From an uncultured Gammaproteobacteria bacterium (GTDB taxonomy: Bacteria > Pseudomonadota > Gammaproteobacteria > DRLM01): 64,000 nucleotides of DNA. Each line of letters opens with the position of its first letter. The first letter of the stretch is position 1. The notes beneath the pieces were generated by a model. It saw nothing but the letters and a program-made list of their open reading frames with translations. It was not told the origin of the DNA and ran no database searches. The stretch lies in contig CAVSNY010000002.1 of the NCBI GenBank assembly GCA_963729605.1, positions 1 through 64,000 of the forward strand, given 5' to 3'. Shown here one piece after another: positions 42,624 to 51,685 of the stretch. The position numbers and the translations under genes were made by a program.

Positions 42624-42721
42624 TCTCCGCACCTCTTGCGGAGATTATGGCTGATATTCACCGCAAGCCGCAAGGTTAATCTCCGCAAAATATGCGGAGA
42701 TTATGGCCAATATTCGCCGCA
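42624..42721. repeat. Two palindromic operator-like repeats with a 56-bp period
   Basis: TCTCCGCA-N5-TGCGGAGATTATGGC-N2-ATATTC(A/G)CCGCA at 42624 and 42680. Confidence 0.75.
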
Positions 42722-42989
42722 GAGGTAAGGTTTTTGGGTATTTGCGGGTCCACGGGCAAAACTGGCGACAGGCACTCCTACTTATCTTTGCCCCAAGAAA
42801 GGCTGCGCCAGCTATCGCAAATCCAGTCGCCGCACCGATCTCGAAGGGGCTTCGACGCTCTTATTGCGGGGATGCAGCGCTATAGTTCCACGCTGCCATA
42901 GCTCATCCTCGGATGATGTATCCTTCGAATTTAATAGAATTAACTGCAAGAACTTTTGCATTAACATCCGATCCGCATGTAAATGAAGG

Positions 42990-43976
42990 ATGAAAAAATT
43001 GACCGATAAAACTGGCGATGGACTGCTAGAGTCGGCCCCTCTTAGTGATGGGCCACCATTGGCGATAGTGCTGAATTTAAAAGGGGGGCACGACGATGGC
43101 GAGGAGCGTATCGCCCTCATTAGCCACCTGCTCGAAGAAGCAGGACGGCCACATCAGTTATTCACGCCAGACGATCCGACCCAATTGCCCGATAAAATCC
43201 GGCAAGCCGTGGCGTGGGCGTAACAACGCAAGGGTGCCTTGGTGGCTGCCGGCGGTGATGGCACCATTAACTCCGTGGCACATGCCGCGGTGCCCAACGG
43301 CTGTCCTCTAGGCGTTTTGCCGCAAGGTACGTTCAATTATTTTGGTCGGGCACACGGCATCCCGACCGATATCGAGCAAGCCATGCAAATTCTGTTGAAG
43401 GCGAGGCCGCGTCCCATACAAGTGGGTTTGCTGAACGATCGGATATTTTTGGTCAACGCGAGCTTAGGTTTATATCCGAAGCTGCTCGAGGACCGCGAGG
43501 AGTTCAAAAAACACTTGGGGCGCAGCCAATTTGCTGCGATGGTCGCGGCGTTTTGGACGATATTACGCTCGCCTAATGACTGGTTGATTGAATTGGAATC
43601 GGAAGGCAAGGCGGTGATCGCGCATACCCGCACGTTATTCGTTGGCAACAACCAACTGCAGTTGGAGCAAATCGGCATTCCTGAAGCCAGCGAGGTGAAC
43701 CGCGGCAAGCTGGCCGCGGTGATGGTAAAGCCGGCGGGGCGACTTGCGATGTTGGGGCTTACGCTGCGCGGCGCGCTTGGCCGGTTGGGCGACGCGGATC
43801 AAGTGCGGCATTTCGCCTTCACCAAACTCATCGTAAGACCGCGCATAGGTTCTCGAGTACGGCATATCCAAGTCGCTACCGACGGCGAGCTGCTACGGCT
43901 TACGACACCGTTGGTTTTTTCCGTGAGCCCTATCCCGCTGCAGTTGCTTGCGCCACCGGACTCAGGCTCGGCATGA
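42990..43976 (+). pseudogene. Diacylglycerol/lipid kinase (YegS-like) with an in-frame TAA at 43221
   Basis: IVLN..G, AAGGDGT, PQGTFNYF, FLVNASLG, VATDGE; both ORFs are in the same frame. Confidence 0.85.
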
Positions 43977-44770
43977 CAGTACTGTTGCAAATATCGGATC
44001 CGCACTTCGGGACCGAGCTGCCCGAAGTGCTGGCGGCCTTGAACCGCTGGGTAACCGAACAGCGTCCGGACGTTATGCTCTGGTCCGGAGACATCACCCA
44101 GCGAGCGCGCCGAGAGCAATTCGCCGCGGCCCGGCGTTTTGCCAATGCACTGGCGGTGCCGCACTTATTGGCGATTCCCGGCAATCACGACATACCCCTC
44201 TACAATATGGCGGCGCGTCTATTCCGGCCGTACCATAATTACATGCACAGTTTCGGAGAAGTATTGGAGCCCGAGTTCAATAGCGAAGAACTGCTGATCA
44301 TCGGGGTCAAGACCACGCGCCGTTGGCGGCACAAACACGGCGAAGTATCGCATGAGCAAATCGACCGCGTTGCGCAGCGCCTGCAACGCGCGCAGTTGCG
44401 GCAACTGCGGGTAGTGATGACGCACCAGCCCTTGCATGTGCTTACGGAACGAGAGATCAACAATCGTTTGCGCGGTGCGGACGCGGCGATAACCGCATGG
44501 GCCGAGGCGGGCGCCGACTTGGTGCTGGGGGGCCACATACACTTGCCTTACTGCCGCAAACTCGATATTGCTGCCCGGCCGCTATGGATCGTACAAGCCG
44601 GTACCGCTCTGTCTTCACGCGTGCGGAGCGGCATCCCCAATTCGGTTAACCTCATCCGCTACGAGCCTGCAATGACGCCTTTGCAATGCAATATTGAGCG
44701 CTGGGACTTCGATGCTACGGGGCAATGCTTCAGTCTCATTGAGCGCACCCAGGCCATGCTCGAACGTTAA
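43973..44770 (+). CDS. Metallophosphoesterase (CpdA/Icc-like)
   Basis: SDPHFG, SGDIT, PGNHD, THQP, GGHIH; ATGA overlap with the kinase gene. Confidence 0.92.
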   Translation: MTVLLQISDPHFGTELPEVLAALNRWVTEQRPDVMLWSGDITQRARREQFAAARRFANALAVPHLLAIPGNHDIPLYNMAARLFRPYHNYMHSFGEVLEPEFNSEELLIIGVKTTRRWRHKHGEVSHEQIDRVAQRLQRAQLRQLRVVMTHQPLHVLTEREINNRLRGADAAITAWAEAGADLVLGGHIHLPYCRKLDIAARPLWIVQAGTALSSRVRSGIPNSVNLIRYEPAMTPLQCNIERWDFDATGQCFSLIERTQAMLER

Positions 44771-44972
44771 CCCGGCATCTGCCAAGAAACCCCGCGATTA
44801 TCTTGGCGTGGCCTTTTGAGTGACGCTATGAGGCCTTACTTGGAATGGCGCACATAGGGGGAGTTTGTTCAAGCCAGATTTTGGCCGACTGGTGCATGAT
44901 TGTGAGAGACTTGCGCTCTGAAAATTAAAAAGTCCATTTCCCCGAAAGCCCGGCTCGAAGAGCGTGCCAAAA

Positions 44973-46610
44973 TTACAGAATGACGACGTTGGTGGGTTTT
45001 ATGCCATAAACAGACTCAAAAGAGCGCTCGGCGAAGGCCTGAATCTCGTCATCTGTCCCTTTTTGCGAAAGCCAGCGATAGGCATATTTGAACGGACCCG
45101 GCTGCGTGATCCACTGGCGCGTGAGATCAAAAATTACGTTATGCGCATAGAAATCATCGAACGCCTCTTTGATATCGCTCTCGCTGTGCCCGCTATGGAG
45201 CCTTGGATACACGCCGTCATCGTCTTCCTTATCGACGAACAATGCGCCGTGACGGTCAAAAAGCGTCGCGGCATCCTGTGAAACGCGCTGCCCGGCCATC
45301 CAGGCGCCCGGCCAGCAGAAGAACTCCGGGCGAGCAAACTTGTCGCGCATGAACGCAAGAAAATGGGCAAAAATGATTCTGACCGCTACATTGCGCTTCT
45401 CGAACCGGAATGCCGCGTGCTCGGACATCAGCGGGGAAAATTCCGGTAACTCGACCCAGCGAGAAAACTCTCCCGCGACTTCCAGCGGGGAGTGCTCGAT
45501 CATCGCACCACATAGTTTCCGGCTGACCGCGTCATATTCTTCGCGCGAGTATTCCCGGATGGCGTCCATGACTTCAGGGTGTTTGAAGCGGGCCAACCTG
45601 CATAGCCAAACAAAGCGCGCCCCCGGCTCGATATCCGTTATGAAGCTTGGATAATGCACGAGCGGAAATGGAAAACCCGATCCCGGATTAAGCGCCACAT
45701 CGCAGATCAGCAAAAACAGCCCGATGGTGGGGTGATCTATGGAAGGCGGTCGTTCAAGTTCCGTAAAGTGAAGAAAAACAGCAAACGCTTTTCCATAGAC
45801 GCCGTCGAACATCCCCATTTGCTCGGCGGTCTCCATGCCGAGCAAGCCGCCCGTTGCGAAATGAAGATATTGAAGCTGAGCCATGCGGGCCTGACCTTCG
45901 AATATTTCATACGCGCCGATCGGATAAAGCGAGATCGGTGAGCCGTAATAGTACCCTTCCTCTTCCGCCTCGCGGAGCTTGCGAAACGGCTCGCTCCACT
46001 CTTTGGGATGGGGAATGATGCTGAACGCACGGTCCGAGACCGAGGCGATCAGACTGCTGATGTTGCTATACGCAATGCTGTAGGCGTGGCCGAGATTTTC
46101 GAATTGCGGATTCTGCACGATATCGTTTGCCGAAAGCGGGTTAACAGTCAGGCCTCGAAATGCCTCCATGTCGAAATGATTGTTGATTATGATATTGACT
46201 AGGCCGCCCGGTGTTCCATAGCCGCCGCCCGGCAAAACGTCGGCCAGATTGCGGATAGACTTCTTGAACCCGACGCTGACGATAAGGTTCTTGAGATGAT
46301 CGTAATTGGCGTGCGCCTGCGCCGGATAGGTCATGCTTAGCATGAGGCCGTAGGTCGACCCGACATGCTGCCACCAATGAACCGTCTCGTGCAGAAACGT
46401 CGAGAACGCCTGAACGCCTTCGAGATCAATCATCCCGGAATTGACTATGCCGCTGGGCATAGACGTGAGCTTTCGGTGGACAGCTGGCGAGAGCCGCAGA
46501 ACAAACTGAAAGGTGTTGTAGAGCCCATGCCCTTTCAGCGTCGCGGCAAAGAGTCCCTGACTGGCAAGCGGGCTATAATCGTTGAGTAGCTCAGGTTGGG
46601 GAATCTGCAT
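44973..46610 (-). CDS. Hypothetical protein, putative HEXXH zinc metallopeptidase
   Basis: FLHETVHWWQH plus downstream IFEGQA (candidate third ligand); ATG 46610 after AGGGGA; no signal peptide. Confidence 0.75.
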   Translation of the reverse strand: MQIPQPELLNDYSPLASQGLFAATLKGHGLYNTFQFVLRLSPAVHRKLTSMPSGIVNSGMIDLEGVQAFSTFLHETVHWWQHVGSTYGLMLSMTYPAQAHANYDHLKNLIVSVGFKKSIRNLADVLPGGGYGTPGGLVNIIINNHFDMEAFRGLTVNPLSANDIVQNPQFENLGHAYSIAYSNISSLIASVSDRAFSIIPHPKEWSEPFRKLREAEEEGYYYGSPISLYPIGAYEIFEGQARMAQLQYLHFATGGLLGMETAEQMGMFDGVYGKAFAVFLHFTELERPPSIDHPTIGLFLLICDVALNPGSGFPFPLVHYPSFITDIEPGARFVWLCRLARFKHPEVMDAIREYSREEYDAVSRKLCGAMIEHSPLEVAGEFSRWVELPEFSPLMSEHAAFRFEKRNVAVRIIFAHFLAFMRDKFARPEFFCWPGAWMAGQRVSQDAATLFDRHGALFVDKEDDDGVYPRLHSGHSESDIKEAFDDFYAHNVIFDLTRQWITQPGPFKYAYRWLSQKGTDDEIQAFAERSFESVYGIKPTNVVIL

Positions 46611-47283
46611 CGGTCTTCCCCTGCTTGGTTTTCGCCGCGCTCGCTTTTGGAAACGGGAGAAAGGAATGGCGAACATGAATGGTGTTGCCGCTGCCAGGCC
46701 GTACATGGTCGGTCGAAAAACGTTCGATTGTACTGACCGTCGCGCCGGGAGATGGCGATCCTACCATGCCGACATCAACTTTGTTGGCTTCGATAGCTGC
46801 TTTGACTCGCGACAATGCGAAGTCCGTATCCCCGTCAAGGACATAACCAAGCATGCAACCGACTGGCAGGCCGTCTGCGTATTGCTCAGTGATAAATCGC
46901 TTTAGGCCCTGGTTGACATAGGGCGTGGCGAGGCTTTGCCGTGCCCCATTGTAGGGGACATTTAGGCGTTTGCACTCATAGGCGAGATAGCGCGTGCAGC
47001 CCTGATCGAGAAGAACCGCCAGATCGATTTGCCCCTTGCTGAACGCGAGTCCCTCGGGTGTAAAGCCCTCCGGCTCAAACTGATATGCAAGATGGTGGAA
47101 TATCTGTCTCGCCTCGGAATCTTTGACCAACACGCTTCTGAGGTTGAACGTAATGGCGTCCTCTTCCGGGCTTGGGGGTAGTACGGCGAGACATTCCGGC
47201 CACAACGCGTATATACGCGCCAGTAGTCGGTCATCGATCGAAATGAAGTGCTCTGCCCAATGGCTCGGATCCCCAACCACCAT
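46591..47283 (-). CDS. Hypothetical protein, putative PD-(D/E)xK nuclease
   Basis: EDAIT...GQIDL...AYECKRL; TAATG overlap with the methyltransferase stop. Confidence 0.72.
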   Translation of the reverse strand: MVVGDPSHWAEHFISIDDRLLARIYALWPECLAVLPPSPEEDAITFNLRSVLVKDSEARQIFHHLAYQFEPEGFTPEGLAFSKGQIDLAVLLDQGCTRYLAYECKRLNVPYNGARQSLATPYVNQGLKRFITEQYADGLPVGCMLGYVLDGDTDFALSRVKAAIEANKVDVGMVGSPSPGATVSTIERFSTDHVRPGSGNTIHVRHSFLPFPKASAAKTKQGKTDADSPT

Positions 47284-50200
47284 TACTGAGCGCTGCCCCG
47301 CTTCTTGGGTGAGCCCAAATAATCCTGAAGGTCGAGCGCGATAGCGTGCGCGTCTGCAAGCGCCGATGAGCGTAGCCAAAACCGCTTTTGCATTGGTTTG
47401 ACGATATAAAGATCATCACCCTCAAAAATCCTGAAGTCCGGCATGACCTGGAAGTTTCCAGGCAGCGGCTGGTGAATGCTCTCAAACAACTTCGCCAGCA
47501 CGTCGCGAACGGCCGAGTTATTGACCTCTCGATAAGCAGTGATCGCTTTTTTCTTTCGAAGCGACAACCGGACCACTGCAAGATCAGCGTTATGCGCTTC
47601 CAAACTCACGTCGATGGCGCGCTCCTCGCGCAGCCATCCGGTCAATGCGTGTACCAAGGCATCGGCATACGCTATCCGCTCTGTCGCAGAAGATGTTTTC
47701 CAGATCGCGGGCAAGCTGCCCTGATGTGGCTGAACGGCAGGAAGAATAAACTCGACCTCGTCTTCGATGAGCGTAACTTCATCCGGAGAAAGACAGAAAT
47801 ACTCGTAAGCGCACGCATCAACCTTGGCGAAAACCTCGGAGCCACCGCCTTGAAGAGCGAACTCACTTTGCGCGGCGTTTAGCGCTAAGTCGACAATGCC
47901 CACCAAAGCCTTTGCTGCTTTGCGTGCTCGCTCAGGTTCTGGAAGATCGGATGGCTCCGGAAATGGCAGCCGCATCAACTCGGCTTGCTGGACCTCTGGA
48001 CGATCCGAACCGAGCGAAGCCGTGCCATGAAACGCAAACCAGATCGCTACCTTGCTGTTAAGCAGTGCAGCCAAAATCTTTGCTCGGCGCTCGCATCCCT
48101 GCGGAACCACGATTGCCTGAATAATGTGCTGGAAGGTAAGCGGCTGCTCGACATAGCTGGCACGCAATCGCTTCGACACGACGCTCACGCCGCGAGGTAC
48201 AAGAACTCGCGGACCTTTTTCAAACCCTCTTTCGAAGCCTTTTCTCCGTACGCGGGAGGAATGCCAGGGAGTGAGTCCGGCGACACCTTGAGCCAACGGC
48301 TGAAACTGCGCGATCGGAAGATCGGGCTGCTTAGATACGTAGTCGCTCATGTGATACGAGCTGCCACTGGACGCATTGTATGGCTGGTAACCTTGCCCGA
48401 TCATCCAGCCATCAGCAGCATCTGTCGCCCTGCGGCTCTGGCTTCCGAAGTCGGTGATCAGATCGCCGAGTGTCGGCAGCCGTGACAGGTATGCGAAGAG
48501 CTTCGCGTCGGGCTCTGACATCCACAGGCGGCGCTTGAATATCAAAGGGTCCGATAGCGCCGCCTTGGAGGTAATGAAGCTCTTGTCTGCGCTGCTGAGT
48601 GTAATCAGCCGCTTCACCTTTAGGTTCAGATCAGCTTTTGGCGCCCAATATTCGAAGCGGTACAACGCCTGCCCCGGCGCTGCGTTCCCGAAAATTATCA
48701 ATGTTGCGGGCCGGATTGCGCCGTCGAAGAGCTGAAAACGCAAGTCGGCAAAATTGATGACCCGGCGAATCCGGGCTTTCTCAATCAGCCTGTTCCGCGC
48801 GTCAACGGACGTGTCTGCATGATTATGCAGAAAGCCCATTGCCGGAAGAAGGAAGGCGACCACACCGTCCACGCTAAGATGTTCGATCGATTTCCATGTA
48901 AACGCCCAAGCGTCTTCTTTTCCTGGCATCGGGAGATGGCGCTGCGCGCACCATTGCATCGATGAGCGATTAGGGCCTCGGCGGCTCGTCCAGGGCGGAT
49001 TGCCTATCACCACGTCAAAACGCGTCCTATCCGGCTCGACACTGAAGAAGTCCTGACACCGCAGGGTCTTGCCCCATAACTCAGGCAGGACTTTTCCGCG
49101 CTTTATGAGCTGGCGGATATCGGGCGGACTGACCTGTTCGAGCAAAGCGATGTAAAGAGAGAAGACAGCAACCCGCACGGCGCTGCCATTCAAATCCCAT
49201 CCGTTCAGGCGGGCCAGAATATTCTTGAGGCTGTCCCAACGGATGGTGCGCGCTTTGTGCGTTTCGCGCCAGTGTTCACAAAGGCGCTGAAACGAACGAA
49301 CGAGAAAAACACCGGAGCCACACGCCGGGTCTAGAAACTCTCCCTTGTCTCTGACGCCACCGGGTAGCGTTTCCCAAACTTGAGAGACGACGGTATCCGC
49401 CAAAAACATTGGCGTGTAGTACGCTCCAGTCTCTCTTCTTTCGGCCTCTCGTTCACCGAGGAACCGATCATACACGGCACTGATGAGCTCGATGGGGATA
49501 TGCTTGAAATTGTAGCCCCAAAACCGGAGCTGGCCAGCAGCCATTTCCTCTTGTCCTAGCCGGAAGCGCTCTAAAACGGCCAGGTGCTCGCGGGAAACGC
49601 GCGGCGGATGTGCATTCGGTTCAAACGAGCACGGCGCAACGAAGAGGTCGCCATTGAAATCCTGCCTCAAGGCATCGAAAAGTCGCTTGAGCGCGGATAC
49701 GCTTCCGGAGAGAAGCAATGCTGAAAAGCTTTCGACGCCTACGCCAGCCGCGTCTTTGAAGTATTCTTTGCCGATGATCTCCCGGTCTTCCAGATAGGCA
49801 ATGAACATCGCTTGTATAAGCAATGCCTGCGCGGCATCTGATGAAAGCTTAGCCTCGCACAAGAGGCCATGAGCGCTGGTCAGATTTTCAAGGAGAACTT
49901 GATCGACGCGCTCCTTGGGTTTGAAAAACTCGGCATGCTCTTCCCAGAACCTGCCGGATTCAGCACCATAGATCATGTTCTTGAGCGCCAAGGCGTCGGC
50001 GGTCGCGCTCAGCGTCTTCACAAGGCAGCGCCGTTCAAACTCGTCTCCGGGATTTGAATAGGGCGTGCAAGAAAGAGAGAATGCGCGAACGGTGTCGCTC
50101 GTGATAACGAGTAGCAGGCTGGCGAGACCCTGATTCCAAAGTGCGGCATGCAGACTGATAATCTGATTCCGGTCGTACTGCTCAAGATTTGCGATGACGA

Positions 50201-50390
50201 TCGTGGGCACGCCTTGGACGCAGAAGACGGCTGATGCGCCCAGCCCCTCCAGTGTCGCGCGGATCGCGCCTGCGTGTGGGCTGTTTCGAACCGTCTCCAC
50301 GTTTTCATAAAGTTCCGGCGCGTCCCGGTCAGTGAGATCGAGGCGCTTCTTCCAGATGTCTTCTAGTCTGCGTGAGCGAATGGTGGTCAT
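47283..50390 (-). CDS. Large N6-adenine DNA methyltransferase (gamma class, Type IIG/HsdM-like) with a fused C-terminal specificity region
   Basis: ISAVYDRFL, GAYYTP, motif I FLDPACGSGVFL, motif IV VIGNPPW, later ALLNSK. Confidence 0.92.
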   Translation of the reverse strand: MTTIRSRRLEDIWKKRLDLTDRDAPELYENVETVRNSPHAGAIRATLEGLGASAVFCVQGVPTIVIANLEQYDRNQIISLHAALWNQGLASLLLVITSDTVRAFSLSCTPYSNPGDEFERRCLVKTLSATADALALKNMIYGAESGRFWEEHAEFFKPKERVDQVLLENLTSAHGLLCEAKLSSDAAQALLIQAMFIAYLEDREIIGKEYFKDAAGVGVESFSALLLSGSVSALKRLFDALRQDFNGDLFVAPCSFEPNAHPPRVSREHLAVLERFRLGQEEMAAGQLRFWGYNFKHIPIELISAVYDRFLGEREAERRETGAYYTPMFLADTVVSQVWETLPGGVRDKGEFLDPACGSGVFLVRSFQRLCEHWRETHKARTIRWDSLKNILARLNGWDLNGSAVRVAVFSLYIALLEQVSPPDIRQLIKRGKVLPELWGKTLRCQDFFSVEPDRTRFDVVIGNPPWTSRRGPNRSSMQWCAQRHLPMPGKEDAWAFTWKSIEHLSVDGVVAFLLPAMGFLHNHADTSVDARNRLIEKARIRRVINFADLRFQLFDGAIRPATLIIFGNAAPGQALYRFEYWAPKADLNLKVKRLITLSSADKSFITSKAALSDPLIFKRRLWMSEPDAKLFAYLSRLPTLGDLITDFGSQSRRATDAADGWMIGQGYQPYNASSGSSYHMSDYVSKQPDLPIAQFQPLAQGVAGLTPWHSSRVRRKGFERGFEKGPRVLVPRGVSVVSKRLRASYVEQPLTFQHIIQAIVVPQGCERRAKILAALLNSKVAIWFAFHGTASLGSDRPEVQQAELMRLPFPEPSDLPEPERARKAAKALVGIVDLALNAAQSEFALQGGGSEVFAKVDACAYEYFCLSPDEVTLIEDEVEFILPAVQPHQGSLPAIWKTSSATERIAYADALVHALTGWLREERAIDVSLEAHNADLAVVRLSLRKKKAITAYREVNNSAVRDVLAKLFESIHQPLPGNFQVMPDFRIFEGDDLYIVKPMQKRFWLRSSALADAHAIALDLQDYLGSPKKRGSAQ

Positions 50391-50851
50391 CGTCCACCCC
50401 TCTTGAGCGAACGCGCGCTGCGCTGACGGGGCGGCGTGGTCCTAAGAGGCACATTCGCCTGTCCATTGAGGAGATCAGATTGAAGCAACTGGATGAGCGG
50501 CTCCAGCGCACACACGACGATCAGATCAGCGTCCGGCAACCGGGAATCGCATACAGCCACGCAGGAAGCTTGTTGCAGGTCGATGACGAAATGTTTGCCG
50601 CGAAGCCCTTTCCAATCGGAGCTATTGCAGACCTGAAAAATCGCCGGAGCTATATTAGAAAGGTGTCCGATTCGGACCCCGATTGTATCAGTAAGTCTTC
50701 TCAGAGCCGCTGAGGCGAGAACGTCACCCGGCGAAAAACTCGGCGCGTGGCCACGTCCGTTTGCAAATGCGGGAACCACCCGCTTCCAATGGCGAAATGC
50801 CTCTTTGGAAAGCCCCACTGTGTCCCGTAACTGACCTGGCGTGTAAAACAA
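50387..50851 (-). CDS. Small protein with an N-terminal MerR-like HTH
   Basis: YTPGQLRDTVGLSKEAFRHWKR; ATGA overlap with the methyltransferase; TTG start. Confidence 0.7.
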   Translation of the reverse strand: MFYTPGQLRDTVGLSKEAFRHWKRVVPAFANGRGHAPSFSPGDVLASAALRRLTDTIGVRIGHLSNIAPAIFQVCNSSDWKGLRGKHFVIDLQQASCVAVCDSRLPDADLIVVCALEPLIQLLQSDLLNGQANVPLRTTPPRQRSARSLKRGGR

Positions 50852-50959
50852 GTTGCCTGCACCTTGTTTGAGTGTTGTTGACCCCCAACTATGAATCAGG
50901 GGCGGTTAACAGGTCAATCACAAGCTCTTTTTTGTTCAGGGGCGCGGGATAAGTAGGGT

Positions 50960-51341
50960 TCCAAAGGGCGCAACGAGATCGAGACACAAATCGAAACCCT
51001 TCTGGATTGCATCATGGAGGGCTAGAGCGAAACCCTTTTCGCCAGCTATGAGTGGCGGATCGAAAAGCGTGAACGCGAAAAGCTGCTTCTGAATGAAAAA
51101 CTCAGCGCTCATGCCAAGCCACGCCCAAGACCATCGCAAGAGTTCGAACCCGCGCTGGGATCACTCAAAAACCCAATGAGTCTGTGGCGTTCGCACGATC
51201 TCGCTCGCAAGCAAGCGGTGGTGAAGATGCCGTTGCCGAGCGTCCGGCGTACAAAAACAAAATCGGTGTTCGAACCCCAATTTATGCCAGTCCTGTCAAT
51301 GCACTAGCTGCAATCTTAGACGGGAAAAAGCAAAATGGCGC
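50960..51341 (+). pseudogene. Large serine recombinase C-terminal remnant
   Basis: Degenerate AYEWRIEKREREKLLLNEKL..FEPAL..LKNP..LW....KQAVVKM..ERPAY...GVRTP, resembling the tail of tRNA-targeting recombinases (recognised from memory). Confidence 0.6.
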
Positions 51342-51412
51342 GCCCGGCGGGATTCGAACCCACGACCTTTGGCTTCGGAGGCCAACACTCTATCCAGCTG
51401 AGCTACGGGCGC
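51336..51412 (-). tRNA. tRNA-Arg(CCG)
   Basis: 77-nt cloverleaf GCGCCCGTAGCTCAGCTGGATAGAG...CTCCGAA...GGTTCGAATCC...GCGCCA. Confidence 0.98.
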
Positions 51413-51685
51413 GTTATTTGACATGGAACGGGGGCCGTTCCCCCGCAGCGGGGTTGCCTTGGCGGCCTCGCGCCATGAGGCGGTGCGGCGCGCGAGTCGA
51501 GCAGGGGCTGCGGGCCGCTAAGGATACCCGCTGGGTCCTTTGCCGTCTACAGCGTGAGGGGCGGGCGAGGCCGATGTTCACTGAATGCGGCCGTCGCAAG
51601 CCGTTAGCGGAGATATTGAACAGATGGGCCGTGGTTGCCGCGTCGCGCCATCCTCCGGCGTAACGGCCAATCAAGTAGCGCGCCG

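Larger units (their letters stand above)
37178..51341. mobile_element. Mosaic genomic island at the 3' end of tRNA-Arg
   Basis: Visible drop in GC and codon bias; IS, recombinase and cassette-like remnants; defence-like cargo; bounded by uvrD and the tRNA (left edge approximate). Confidence 0.8.
44844..51341. mobile_element. Serine-recombinase-type element integrated at tRNA-Arg, bounded by an AATGGCGC direct repeat
   Basis: AATGGCGC at 44844-44851 and 51334-51341; the recombinase remnant reads into the tRNA end. Confidence 0.55.

Noticed and set aside
47283-50390. Classical Type I RM, BREX or DISARM assignment
   Set aside because: No HsdR/HsdS, PglZ/BrxC or Drm helicase genes in the element
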